Shown: positions 10,947 to 23,078 of the stretch, one piece after another
How positions within the stretch are numbered: position 1 is the first letter of the stretch
How the letters are laid out: each line of letters begins with the position of its first letter
NCBI GenBank assembly: GCA_030141605.1
Contig: JAQGDQ010001119.1
Coordinates: 1-61,436, forward strand
DNA: 61,436 bases
Direction of reading: 5' to 3'
From: Tubiluchus corallicola
Taxonomy: Eukaryota; Animalia; Priapulida
Notes under the pieces: generated by a model
What the model saw: only the letters and a program-made list of their open reading frames with translations
Told to the model about the DNA's origin: nothing
The model's database searches: none
Made by a program: the position numbers and the translations under genes

Positions 10947-12001
10947 GTAGGACAAGTTGGCTGTTTTTTAATTTTTATATTGAAATACCTTACGTGATCA
11001 GGATCGCACCATTCAAAATGGGTAAAATGATCGATGAAAACTCGTAGTAATTTTATTTACCACTTTGTAACTGAATTAGTGTAGCAACTCGTTCAGAACC
11101 GCGTCATACAAAATGGGTCTTATAAGACTTAATGACTTTTCTACTACTGTATGAGCACAGACATAACTAAATGATTACAAATTATGTAATGTTCTATTCA
11201 GGAGAATATTGGCTATCCAATCAGGCTATTTGTTTAAACATTTATAAGAGATTTAATTGGATAAAATTAAGAAAAATACGCCCTCTTCAAGCACTCCAAC
11301 TTAGCCTATTGAGTAGCTTAGTCTGGTGTACGCTTGCGCGATCGTACTCACTAATTTATCGATCATCTGCTTACTACAGCCCAAGCTGTGCAGTGTTCTT
11401 CTGCTATTCCAGGAAAAACCAACCGATCAGCCAAGGAAAAATTAAAGTCGTTTCATCTTTTAACAAGAATTTCATCTTAAAAATAGATTAGACTTGAAGC
11501 CAAAGTTTATCAGAGTGTTGTGTCTGGACAGTTGAAATTTTCTGCATTAGCTGATTTCACACAAGTGATACTGTACATTGTTACAGTGCAAACACTGCAG
11601 TTACTGAAAGCTTTTTCAATTTTTTTCATCAAAAACCATTTTTTTTAATTTTTTTGTTAAAAATGCATTTTTAATTTGTCCAAGGTAAGCAAATGCATTT
11701 TCATATATAATTTTGTATGAAACTCCATTGTGTGACAAGCAGAAACCTTTAAAATCAAAACACAAGCAAGATACAGCATTAAAGGAAGTGCATAATTGTT
11801 ATTTTGTATTTAAATTTAAAGCACAATGAAAATTTTACAATAAGTTCACAAATCTCAAGGCAAAATAAAAACGTATTCTTAATTATTTGAATTTTAAACG
11901 TAAAACAAAAACAAAATGAATCAGTCAGTCGACTATGAACTATGAATTTATTTTCACACATCAAAAATACAATATCAAACACATTAATAAACTTTAAATA
12001 A

Positions 12002-12418
12002 AATAATTTGAGTAGTGCGAGGTGCGTGTACGACCATATGGTCATTAACACACTCACTTTACTTAAATGTAAAAATGATTATAGTTATGCATGCTTCTGT
12101 AGATAACTTAATGTAAATAAGGATAAAGTAAATGATGTAATAATTTGAGTAGTGCGAGGTGAGTGTACGACCATACTGTCATTAACACACTCACCTTACA
12201 TAAATGAAAAAATCATTACGGTTATGCGTGCTTCTGTAGATAACTTAATGTAAATAAGGATGAAGTAAATGATGTAATAATTTGAGTAGTACGAGGTGAG
12301 TGTACGACCATACGGTCATTAACACACTCACCTTACTTAAATGAAAAAATGATTATAGTTATGCATGCTTCTGTAGATAACTTAATGTAAATAAGGATGA
12401 AGTAAATGATGTAATAAT
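12002..12418 (+). repeat. 137-bp tandem repeat, 3 copies
   Basis: taatttgagtagt at 12004, 12141 and 12278. Confidence 0.9.
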
Positions 12419-13142
12419 AGCAATGGTATAAGAGTAATAAACCTGAAAGTTGAGAAAGGAAAACATAATATGTAATTATGCTTTTGAGTGAGCCTTAAAG
12501 AGTGAAAAAAATTTTTAAATAGTTATGAATATGAATTTTGTGATTATCTGTCAATGTATCACTTACTTGTATTACAATGAACCATATTGCTTACTTGTAT
12601 ATACAATGATATATATATAGACATATATATATATATATATATATTCATAACTATTTAAAAAAAAAAATTAATATATATATTATCAGATTTAAGTGGGGGA
12701 GAAGAGATTAAATTATACATTATACTTGTAGTAATAACTATAATTTTAATAGTAGTAAATTTAAATTATATTTGATGGTAGTAATGTAGCCATCATAACC
12801 ATTAAAGATGGGCTATGGTGACGGGGGTCAAATTATGAGAATATTAGTGATTAATTAGCAAAATTAATGTTACAATAATACATTCAAAATTTTTTGTGTC
12901 ACTGATATTTGCTGGTTATAAGCTAAGAGCATTTTCAAAGTGGAAACACATACAGATACAGGCTGCGATGAATGAATAATTTCATTTAAATTGATTTATA
13001 CCTTTTACTTAATAAAGTAACAAAAGTCGTAAAGATACCTATTAGTAAAAGAAAAACATTAGTGCAAAAAGACACACGTGCACAAAAAAGAGAAAAAACC
13101 TCTGGTTTTTATGCCAATGAATATTTACTAAGTAAAAATATC

Positions 13143-13730
13143 TTATATTGTTTGGTAGCTATTTGTAAAGAAGGAGAGGAAATGATTGTTAGCACAATTC
13201 CACAAAATAACTCCACTGTGCTGTAAGGTATTTAAGCCACACGCTGTGTTAAATTGTGTTTGAAAATAGTGTCCCGTACTGGAAGACCTAGTATAGTAAG
13301 AGTGAACATCTTTGATTAAGGTAAAGTAGTTAGTATATAATTCAGGCAACTGTCGGTTATTATACTTATACATGAATTTAAATAATTCAAGATTAGAAGA
13401 CCTAGTATAGTGAGAGTGAACATCTTTGATTAAGGTGAAGTAGTTAGTATATAATTCAGGCAACTGTCGGTTATTATACTTATACATGAATTTAAATAAT
13501 TCAAGATTATAAATATCTTGTATTTTCAATAAACTAAGGTGTATGTACGATGGTGTTGCATGGTCTCTGTAATTGGCGAAAGTCAATGTATTTAACTATT
13601 TTATTCTGAACTGTAATTAGTGGTTGTAATAAGTATTTTTTTTGCTTGCCACCAAGACAACACACAGTATTGGAGGTACGGATAGACTAATGCATGGTTG
13701 ATCATTTTCAAAACAGGCAAATTTGTTTAA
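13143..13730 (-). mobile_element. Degenerate non-LTR retrotransposon ORF2 C-terminal fragment with an internal 114-bp duplication
   Basis: ALVYPYLQYCVLSW...LSLLKIQDIYNLELFKFMYKYNNRQLP...VHSHYTRSS resembles the post-RT region of CR1/L2-group LINEs. A 38-aa block is duplicated (13282 and 13396). Confidence 0.75.
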
Positions 13731-13844
13731 TTTTGTTGCTGTAAAGGAAATGTGGGTAGATCAGCCAACAAGCAGCAGTTATTGATGACCTTGAAAAGGG
13801 TAAATGATTGGAGATTGAAGGGTTAGTACAATATCTGTCGATTT

Positions 13845-15227
13845 TCACATAAACTTCTTGTAAGCAAGCTCGCTAATAAATGTAAACAATGCTACACCAG
13901 TTCCAAATATCAACCCCCAAAAAACTACGCCAAGTTGCTCCACATTAATTGATAACGTGCCTACATGCTGAACAGGTGGGTCTAAACATTTTTCCGAAGG
14001 CTGCAGTAACTGTTGTAGCAGTTTGTCCGCAAGACCGTGTTCCTTTAATGTAGCAAGAGCAAAATTTAGGACTTCCGTGTAGTTACTTTTCTTTGGTACA
14101 ACTAGTGCTAACGGTGAATAAAATTTCAAAAACGGGGAAACAGAAAATCTGCATTTTCCCTGTAATTCATAATCCCTTATTAACTCGAGCTTTGCATAAG
14201 TCTCTTCTCCGAAGTAGGTGTATTTTCCAGTAGCTATCAGCTCTAATGCTATTTCTTCATTGTCGGCAGGTACATTAGCATCCTCTTTCATTCTCTGCCA
14301 CAGTTGCCTAAATTCCGGCCTGTTTTTCATTTGCAAGGTGCCGCTCAACTGACCTAGTGTAACAGGAACTATGTCGCTGTCTATCAACTCTTGCAACGTA
14401 GAGAATGGATAAACTTGCTTGCTTACAAATAATTTACTAACCAGTGTGCCCGTGTACATGGCTGTGATGATGCAAGCAAAAATCCACCACCATCCGATAA
14501 GCATTCTAGCAGATAAACATTGTGGTAAATATGTTCCACCTTGTTGGAGGTATGACGATAGTGTGAACCGAGTAAAGTACGCCTTACTTTCATTCTTTAT
14601 CACTGGTTCTTCCAGTTTTCTTTGGTAGTTGCTGCATTTTATAATCTCTTCCTCGTTGTACGGCAAGTTTTTGCTGTAGTCAATATAGTAAAGCATTGTA
14701 CCCACTACTATGCCATATAATACCACAAGCAGCCACACGAGTGTGGTGAATGGGTCTATTATATTAAAACCTTGTAATTGATGTCTTTTTGTGATAAATA
14801 CCTGAGAATTATAAACAAGTGGGTGAAGAAACGTCATACTTTTTGCTCTTTCTGGTAACATTGTGACTAATCCCAAAAGCAAGTCGAATTCTCCTGTATC
14901 AACTACATTTTTTAGAGTTCCTGAACGTTTAATGTATGTCACCTTGTACGTGAAGTTTGCTGCTTGGCTGAGCATCGTGAGCAGCTGATCTAGATATGGC
15001 TTCGTAGCATCGTCTCTCCATGCTCCCACTCGAAGCATCTCTCCGTGGAGTGAATAACCCTGTGTTCCGGAGTTTTTACCATATTGCGCATCTAAATTGA
15101 ACAGGTTATATGAGCTGTTACAATTTTCAGTCCTTGTTTTAGTTTTACACAACGTTCCTTTGATGCAAAAACATTCAAGGAAATAAAACACAATGGCACA
15201 CGTTTTTAGAATTGATGCAAATGTCAT
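13845..15227 (-). CDS. Intronless ionotropic receptor (IR/variant iGluR), paralog A, left-arm copy
   Basis: Signal-peptide-like N-terminus, S1 (GEFDLLLGLVTMLPERAKSMTFLHP), M1 (PFTTLVWLL), pore (YLQQG), M3 (WWIFACIITAMYTGTLVSKL), S2 and M4. ATG chosen by homology to paralogs (460 aa). Confidence 0.9.
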   Translation of the reverse strand: MTFASILKTCAIVFYFLECFCIKGTLCKTKTRTENCNSSYNLFNLDAQYGKNSGTQGYSLHGEMLRVGAWRDDATKPYLDQLLTMLSQAANFTYKVTYIKRSGTLKNVVDTGEFDLLLGLVTMLPERAKSMTFLHPLVYNSQVFITKRHQLQGFNIIDPFTTLVWLLVVLYGIVVGTMLYYIDYSKNLPYNEEEIIKCSNYQRKLEEPVIKNESKAYFTRFTLSSYLQQGGTYLPQCLSARMLIGWWWIFACIITAMYTGTLVSKLFVSKQVYPFSTLQELIDSDIVPVTLGQLSGTLQMKNRPEFRQLWQRMKEDANVPADNEEIALELIATGKYTYFGEETYAKLELIRDYELQGKCRFSVSPFLKFYSPLALVVPKKSNYTEVLNFALATLKEHGLADKLLQQLLQPSEKCLDPPVQHVGTLSINVEQLGVVFWGLIFGTGVALFTFISELAYKKFM

Positions 15228-15789
15228 TTTTGCTTTGGAACATTGAGTCATAAACTTTAGCTGATTCACGTTATACAATCATAATATGCTTATCCAGGGA
15301 GGATGATGATGAAAATGTTTTCAGCTGACCACTTTTATACTGCAATGCTAATATGTTATGGTCGATTACTTTGTAAATATATTTGCATTAATCATAATAG
15401 TCTGTACGCTAATTCACCGGGTGCCAGTCTACATGTTTGTTTTATCTGTCAAACTGTCTAGTGTTTAATTAGGCTTCTTGCGTTGCCTGCTGTGTTAATA
15501 TTACCACCTAGCTAATGTTACCTCAACACCTAAACTAATATTATATTGCAAAGACGATATTGCCTATACAATTGTTTGTTAGGTATGAAAAGATTTGGCT
15601 TTTGTATACGGCACTAGCACTAGCGGATGCTGAAACTGCATAAGAGCAAATATACTACGCTAAGCTCTAACCGCGAGGTGCAAACTGCAAATTAGATTAG
15701 AAAGAACGAAAGTGCAAAACTGTTGAACGAAGTAGAATAAAAAAGAATAGACCAAAATGCCATAAGAGAGGAAATGGGAGGGGAAGAGA

Positions 15790-16290
15790 AGAGTTGAATC
15801 AGATTTTGTATCATTTACGTAATTAAAGTCTGCATCAATTAATAAACGAAGTCACTCACATTTCACCAGAGTCAAAATCATGTTTAGATCTTATCATTAC
15901 AAATATTTCAAACTGGTTTACTGGGACGTTTGTACAGACAGTGACTGCTGATGCATGCAGACACTGTCCTATATTGAGCCATATGAAATTTATATATGTA
16001 TTAAGTAAAAAGGCATGTGAGAAAAGTTTAGAAGTATCAACTTCATATTTTTCCTAATCAATTATTAAATGTCATCTGGGTGCTTTAATAACTTTCAGTA
16101 TAAACCAAACATGCAAGTTAATTATTGATGCATTTACAAACTGTGTTGTGAATCTATCCCAAATCAAACAGTAATGGTTCATCCTGGAAACGATCCTTGG
16201 ATGAATCCCAACATAAGAACACAAAAGCTTCGTCGCAACAGGTTATATAAAAAATCTAAGGAAAACTCCCAACACTCCACATTGGGATCA
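15790..16290 (+). mobile_element. LINE endonuclease-region remnant upstream of IR paralog A (boundaries approximate)
   Basis: Homologous to the LINEPTHISPESKSCLDLIITN...HCPI and DPWMN segments of the other units. Confidence 0.65.
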
Positions 16291-18644
16291 AAGCTGTAAG
16301 AAATGTCAGGTCAGGATGTGGAATTAACAGACACAGAATCATCTTTTTGCGGATTTTCAAAATTTTGAATTTTTACAATTTTTTAAATTTTCTCTAGAAT
16401 GGGACCCCTAGGAGAAAAAGTATCAAACAACATCTCCTTAGAAATCGCCAAGTGGATTTACTCAAAACGAGTCACGGACCATCCTAAGAAGAATAGAATA
16501 AAACTGAAATTTATTTTTTACATGGATGTGGATCAGAATTGCATACAATACAATATTTCCACGATGGTCCATGCATGATTATCACTTTAAGTAGATAATT
16601 TCAAAAAGTGAAATTAAACAAATAAAAATTACACATTAACAGCACATAATAAATAAAATAAACATTTAATTAAATCCCTAAGCATTAAGAGTTAGGAATT
16701 TTAAAATGTTAATAAGTTTCAGAAAACAAGTCAAATAAGAGTCATAAAGTTAAAATTCATAAACAATAATTGAAAAATGAAAAATTTAAAGATTAAAAAA
16801 ACAGTTAAAAATTATTTGACTAAAAGTACTAATAAGTAAAAGTAAAAGTACTGATAAAAGTCATACCCAATTAAGAAAGAATTAAATGTTTATAATTATC
16901 ATTGCTAAACAGTAATTAAGAACAAAACTACATACAGTCAAAATTAAGGTGATTAAAGATTAAAATCAGAATGATAAAATCTAACAGTTACTAAGATTTC
17001 AAAAATGATACAACAGATTAAAATATAATTTAATTTAGAATATTATTAAGCAATGCTTTCTTTAGTTTAATATTTGGGTCATCCGTCATAGTTGCAATTT
17101 ATTATAATACAAAATGTATATGGCAGAATCTCACCAAGTCTACGTCATGTATTGTAGTCTGAGTAGCACGGTTAATACAATTCGGCAATAATAATATTAT
17201 GACATACATTAAACCATGTTTGCTAAGCCACGTCGTGTGCAGCGTTCTACTAAGGTAGCACAAGAAATTTAGCATTTTGGCTGAAACTAGCCGTTAGAAT
17301 CGTAATGTGGTGAACGCTTTCACATAGGACTTCTCGCTTGGGAGGCTGTTCCAGACAGGCGAGGTAATTTCAATCAGATTCTTAAAAACTGTACGGGGAA
17401 TTTGGCTCAAGTTATGCGATAATTCGAGTTACACGATGTTTATTAAAGGGATAAATGAAAGGAAAAAATCCGTTCCAGGAGACCAGTTCGAGATACGCAA
17501 GAATTCGAGTTATATACCAGTTCAAATTATACATAGTTTACCGTATCAGATAAACAACTGACATTTACAATGAGATATCTCATCTACTCTCATATGGACC
17601 ATACTCCAATCAATTTCATCTTTTACTTTCCATTTAGCTTATTCACTCTTAGCTGACAGCTAATTATCATGTACAAATCTGTCAGCAATTAGGTCAGTAG
17701 TAACCACAGACGACGAATATGTTCTTGCTCTAATAAGCAGTTTGATAAATACCTGGTAAGTACTAGTTAGTACAGCTCAATACAGGCTAAGGAACTATAT
17801 TTCAAATAAGCCTGAGCAAGTAAGAAAAGTACTCTTGGTAGACACAACTCCCTAGGCTGAGGAAGTACATTCTATATAAGCCTGGAGTTAGATACATTTC
17901 CTAGATGCACAGATTTAATGTGCGAGTGTGAAGTTGTTGTGCAACCTTTAATAGGTTAACAGACAACAAGCTGCGCTCTTGCTAGGTTGAGGAACTAAGC
18001 TCTATGTTGGCTTACTGACTTTCATGGCGATGTCATACTGGTTTGAAGATCATGTTAAATTGTTGATATTCATCATTGAACAAGTAAAAGAATACTATCG
18101 CAGAGTATGGCCTGGTCTTGTTTGCTGCAGAACACAATATCATATTTTGCTAGACAAAGTTGTTGTAAAGATGTTATGTAAAATAAATAATTTATGATGT
18201 ATTATGACTTATCCCGCATTTAGTACACCATGTAACATTTTGATATACCTATTACAAGAACATGTTACACCTATGTTGTTCGACCATGTAATGGGAAAAC
18301 TTTATGCTAATCAAGGAATATAAAAGTGTGAAAGTAGGTGTTTTGAAAGATAAAGTTTGTCTAATCGAATTTTCCAGATGTTTTTCACGGCCGACGAAAC
18401 ATTTTACAATACACAAGGTTATTTGAAGGAAGCAGCCTGAAATTGTGGATTAAATGCATCAAATATGTGACAATGCGTTATCACAATGCTGAACTGCATG
18501 GCACACTTCATTTTTAGCTGCACATGTACTACCATCATTAGATAAGAAAACTGTTTGAGATCAGCCAACAAGCAGCAGTTATTGATGACCTTGAAAAGGG
18601 TAAATGATTGGAGATTGAAGGGTTAGTACAATATCTATTGATTT

Positions 18645-20027
18645 TCACATAAACTTCTTGTAAGCAAGCTCGCTAATAAATGTAAACAATGCTACACCGA
18701 TTCCAGATACCAACCCCCAAAAAACTACGTCAAGTTGCTCCACATTAATTGATAATGTGCCTACATGCTGAACAGGTGAGTCTAAACATTTTTCCGAAGG
18801 TTGCAGTAATTGTTGTAGCAGCTCATCCACAAGACCGTGTTCTTTTAATGTAACAAGAGCAAAATTTAGGACATCAGTGTAGTTACTTTTCTTTGGTACA
18901 ACTAATGCTAATGGTGTCGAAAAACTTAAAGATGAAGCAATGGAAAATCTGCATTTTCCGTGTAATTCATAATCCTTAATTAAGTGGATCTTTGCATAAG
19001 TCTTTTCGTTGAAGAATGTGTATTTTCCAGTAGATGTCAGCTCTAATGCCGTCTCTGCACTGTCGGCAGGTACATTAGGATCCATTTTCATTCTCTGCCA
19101 CAGTTGTCTAAATTCTGGTCTGTTTTTCATTTGCATGGTGCCGCTCAACTGACCTAGTGTAACAGGAACTATGTCGCTGTCTATCAACTCTTGCAACGTA
19201 GAGAATGAATAAACTTGCTTGCTTACAAATAATTTACTAACCAGTGTGCCCGTGTACATGGCTGTGATGATGCAAGCAAAAATCCACCACCATCCGATAA
19301 GCATCCTAGCGGATAAACATTGTGGTAAATATGTTCCTCCTTGTTGTAGGTACGACGATAGTGTGAACCGAGTAAAGTACGCCTTACGTTCATTCTTTAT
19401 CACAGGTTTTTCCAGTTTTCTTTGGCAGTTGTTGCATTTCGTAATCCCTTCCTCGTTGTATGGCAGGTTTTTGCTGTAGTCAATATAGTAAAGTATTGTA
19501 CCCACTACTATGCCATATAATACCAGAAGCAGCCACACGAGTGTGGTGAATGGGTCTACTATACTGAAACCTTGTAATTGATGTCTTTTTGTGATAAATA
19601 CATGAGAATTATAAGCAAGTGGGTGAAGAAACGTCATACTTTTTGTTCTTTCTGGTAACATGGTGACTAAGCCCAAAAACAAGTCGAATTCTCCTGTATC
19701 AATTATATTTTCTGGAGTTTCAAAACGTTTGATGTACGTCACCTTGTACGTGAAGTTTGCTGCTTGGCTGAGCATCGGAAGCAGGTGATCTAGATATGGC
19801 TTCATCGGATGGTCTCTCCATGCTCCAACTCGAAGCATCTCTCCATGGAGTGAATAACCCTGTGTTCTGAAGTTTTTACCATAAAACACATCTAAATTGT
19901 ACTGGTTATACAGTCTGTTGCAATTTTCAGTCATTGGTTTAGTCTTACACAACGTTCCTTTGATGCAAAAACATTCAAGGAAATAAAAAACAATGGCACA
20001 CGTTTTGAGAAATGATGCAAATGACAT
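18645..20027 (-). CDS. Intronless IR, paralog B, left-arm copy
   Basis: 460-aa ORF with the same architecture. Translation identical to 41399..42781. Confidence 0.92.
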   Translation of the reverse strand: MSFASFLKTCAIVFYFLECFCIKGTLCKTKPMTENCNRLYNQYNLDVFYGKNFRTQGYSLHGEMLRVGAWRDHPMKPYLDHLLPMLSQAANFTYKVTYIKRFETPENIIDTGEFDLFLGLVTMLPERTKSMTFLHPLAYNSHVFITKRHQLQGFSIVDPFTTLVWLLLVLYGIVVGTILYYIDYSKNLPYNEEGITKCNNCQRKLEKPVIKNERKAYFTRFTLSSYLQQGGTYLPQCLSARMLIGWWWIFACIITAMYTGTLVSKLFVSKQVYSFSTLQELIDSDIVPVTLGQLSGTMQMKNRPEFRQLWQRMKMDPNVPADSAETALELTSTGKYTFFNEKTYAKIHLIKDYELHGKCRFSIASSLSFSTPLALVVPKKSNYTDVLNFALVTLKEHGLVDELLQQLLQPSEKCLDSPVQHVGTLSINVEQLDVVFWGLVSGIGVALFTFISELAYKKFM

Positions 20028-20609
20028 TTTTTGCTTTGGAAAATCGAATCATGAACGTTAACCTGATTCACGTTATACAGTCATAATATGGCTATGCAGC
20101 GAAGATGAAAATGTTTTCAGCTAACCGCTTTTATACTACAATGCCAATGTGTTGTGGTCGATTACTTTGTAAATATATTTGCATTAATCGTAATTGTCTG
20201 TACGCTAATTGACAGGAGCCCATTCTGCGTGTTTGTTTTTCTGTCAAACTGTATGGTGTTCAATTAGGCTTCTTCTGTTGCCTGCTGAAGTTGATGTTAC
20301 CTCAACACCTAAACTAACAGCATATTGAAAAGCAGAATGCTGCAGAACATTCTACACTTTCGAAAACGTTATTGCCTATGTATTTGTTTGCTAGGTATCA
20401 AAAGATTTGGCTTTTGTATGCGGCACTGGCGCTAGCGAATGTGGAAACAACACAAGAGCAAACATAAAACACTTAACACTATCAGAGAGGTGCAAACTGC
20501 AAATTAGATTAGAAAGAACAAAAAGGCAACAGTATAAAATGAAGTAGAATAATGAAGAATGGATCAAAATGCAAAGAGAGGAAATGGAAGGAGAAGAGAA
20601 GAGTTGAAC

Positions 20610-21100
20610 TAGATTTTGTATCATTTACGTAATTAACGTTTGCATCCATTAATAAACGAACCAACTCACATTTCACCAGAGTCAAAATCATGTTTAGATC
20701 TTATCATTACAAATATTCCAAACTGGTTTATTGGGACGTTTGTACAGACAGCGACTGCTGATGCATGCAGACACTGTCCTATATTGAGCCATATGAAATT
20801 TATATGTATATTAAGAAAAAGGTATGTGAGGAAAGTTTAGAAGTATCAAAATGTTGATACTTTATATTTTTCCAAATCAGTTATCAAGTTTCATTTGGAT
20901 GCTTTAATAACTCTCAATGTAAGCAAAACATTCAAGTTAATTATAGATGCATTTACAAAGTGTATTGTGGATCTATCCCAAATCAAACAGTAATGGTTCA
21001 TCCCGGAAATGATCCTTTAATGAATCCCAACATAAGAACACAAAAACATCATTGTGGCAGGTTGTATAATAAATCTAAGGAAAACTTCTAACACTTCAGA
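20610..21100 (+). mobile_element. LINE endonuclease-region remnant (boundaries approximate)
   Basis: LINEPTHISPESKSCLDLIITNIPNWF...CRHCPI...YVRKV fits the C-terminal APE-endonuclease motifs (PT...LDLI.TN...xHxPI). Confidence 0.7.
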
Positions 21101-22109
21101 TTGGGATCAAAGTTGTAAGAAATGTCTGGTCAGGATGTGGAATTAATAGACACAGATTCATATTTTTTGGGATTTTCAAAATTTTGAATTTTTACGAATT
21201 TTTTAAAATTTTCGCTAACACGAGGCCCTGTAGGAGAACAAGTTTCAAACAACATCTCCTTAGAAATCGCCAAGTGGATTCACACTAAACAAATCATGGA
21301 TCATCCTAAGAATAGAATAAAACAGAAATTTATTTTTTACATGGATGTGGATCAGAACTGCATATAATACAATATTTCCACGATGGTTCATGCATGATTA
21401 GCTCTTTAAATAGATAATTTCAAATAAGTGAAATTAAACAAGTAAAAATTACACATTAATAGCATACATTAAATTAAATGAACATTTTAATTAAAACCCC
21501 AAGCATCGAGAGTTAAGAATTTTAAATTTATTAAAATAAGTTTCAGACAATAAGTCTAATAAGAGTCATAAAGTTAAAATTCAAAAAATTCATGAAGTAT
21601 AATTGAAAAATGAAACATCTAAAGATTAAAAATCAGTTGGAATTTGGTTCAAGTTATGCGATAGTTTGAGTTACAGATTTTGAGTTACACGATGTTTTAT
21701 TAAAGGGAAAAATGAAAGGAAAAAATCCGGTCCAGGAGACCAGTTCGAGATACGCAAGAATTCGAGTTATACCAGTTCAAATTATACGTAGTTTACTGTA
21801 TCAGATAAACAACTGAGTTTTACAATGAGATATTTCATCTGCTCACATATGGAACATACGCCAATAAATTTCATCATTTACTTTCCACTTAGCTTATCCA
21901 CTCTTAGCTGACTGCTAATTATCATGTACAAATCCATCAGCAATTAGGTCAGTAGTAACCACAGACGACGAATATGTTCTTGCTCTAATGAGCAGCTTGA
22001 TAAATACCTGGTAAGTACTAGTTAGTACAGCTCAATACAGGCTAAGGAACAATATTTCAAATAAGCCTGAGCAAGTAAGAAAAGTACTCATGGTAGACAC
22101 AACTCACTA

Positions 22110-22380
22110 GGCTGAGGAAGTACGTTCTATGTAAGCCCGGAGTTAGATACATTGCCTAGATGCACGGATTTATTCTGTGAGTGTGAAGTTGTTGTGCAAC
22201 CTTTAATAGGTTAACAGACAACAAGCTGCATTCTTGCTAACCTGAGGAAGTACGTTCTATGTAAGCCTGGAGTTACATACATTGCCTAGATGCACAGATT
22301 TATTCTGTGAGTGTGAAGTTGTTGTACAACCTTTAATAGGTTAACAGACAACAAGCTGGATTCTTGCTAGGCTGAGGAAC
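22110..22380 (+). repeat. 130-bp tandem duplication specific to this intergenic unit
   Basis: ctgaggaa at 22112, 22242 and 22372. Mirrored at ~39075..39345. Confidence 0.8.
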
Positions 22381-23078
22381 TAAGTTCTATGTTGGCTTAC
22401 TGACTCTCACGGGGATGTCACACTGGTTTGAGCATCATGTTAAATTGTTGACATTCAACATTGAACAAGTGAAAGAATACTATAGCAGAGTATGGCCTGG
22501 TCTTGTTTGCTGCAGAACACAATATCATATTTTGCTACACAAAGTTGTTGTAAAGGTGTTATGTAAAATAAATGGCTTATGACGTATTATGACTTATCCC
22601 ACTTTTAGTACACCCATGTTACATCTTGATATACCTATTACGTAAAGCACATGTTATAAAGTGCTGCCACCTTTAGGAAACTATTACAAGAACATGTTAC
22701 ACCAATGTGGTTCGACCATGTAATGGGAAAACTTTATGCTAATCAAGGAATATAAAAGTGTGAAAGTAGGTGTTTTGAAAGATGAAGTTTGTCTAATCTG
22801 ACTTTTCCAGATGCTTTTCATGGCTGAAGAAACATTTCACAATACACAAGGTTATTTGAAGGAAACAGCCTGAAATTTTTGGATTAAATGTGTCAAATCA
22901 GTGACAATGCATTATCACAATGCTGAACTGCATGGCACACTTCATTTTTAGCTGCACGTGTACTAGCATCATTAGATAAGAAAACTGTTTGAGATCAGCC
23001 AACAAGCAGCAGTTATTGATGACCTTGAAAAGGGTAAATGATTGGAGATTGAAGGGTTAGTACAATATCTGTTGCTTT

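Noticed and set aside
11171-11491. ORF containing LVWCTLARSY as the missing PLA2G6 AWC exon
   Set aside because: Only the WC dipeptide matches. Flanking residues and splice sites do not fit.
14419-14628. Recurrent MLTNNLLTSVPVYMAVMMQAKIHHHP ORFs
   Set aside because: Antisense shadows of the conserved IR M3 region, repeated only because the IR genes are repeated.
13845-15227. Canonical synaptic AMPA/kainate/NMDA receptor, or bacterial GluR0
   Set aside because: No amino-terminal domain, a degenerate SYTANLAAF motif (MYTGTLVSK) and an intronless tandem array argue against synaptic iGluRs. Presence of M4 and lack of a K+-channel filter argue against GluR0.
15228-15278. N-terminal extensions in the 477-aa and 474-aa IR ORF calls
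   Set aside because: They start at TTG or GTG. The ATG shared by all paralogs gives 460 aa, although an upstream in-frame ATG adding 8 aa cannot be excluded.
17389-17545. Possible Tigger-like MITE remnant (repeated ttcgagtta motifs ending agtttaccgta)
   Set aside because: Only one plausible terminus and no demonstrable TIR pair or TSD, so it was not listed as a feature.
20391-20691. Hydrophobic upstream ORFs (MIQNLVQL..., MILTLVKC...) as membrane peptides or extra IR exons
   Set aside because: They come from a T-rich strand antisense to or adjoining the LINE remnant, and their frames are not conserved between units.
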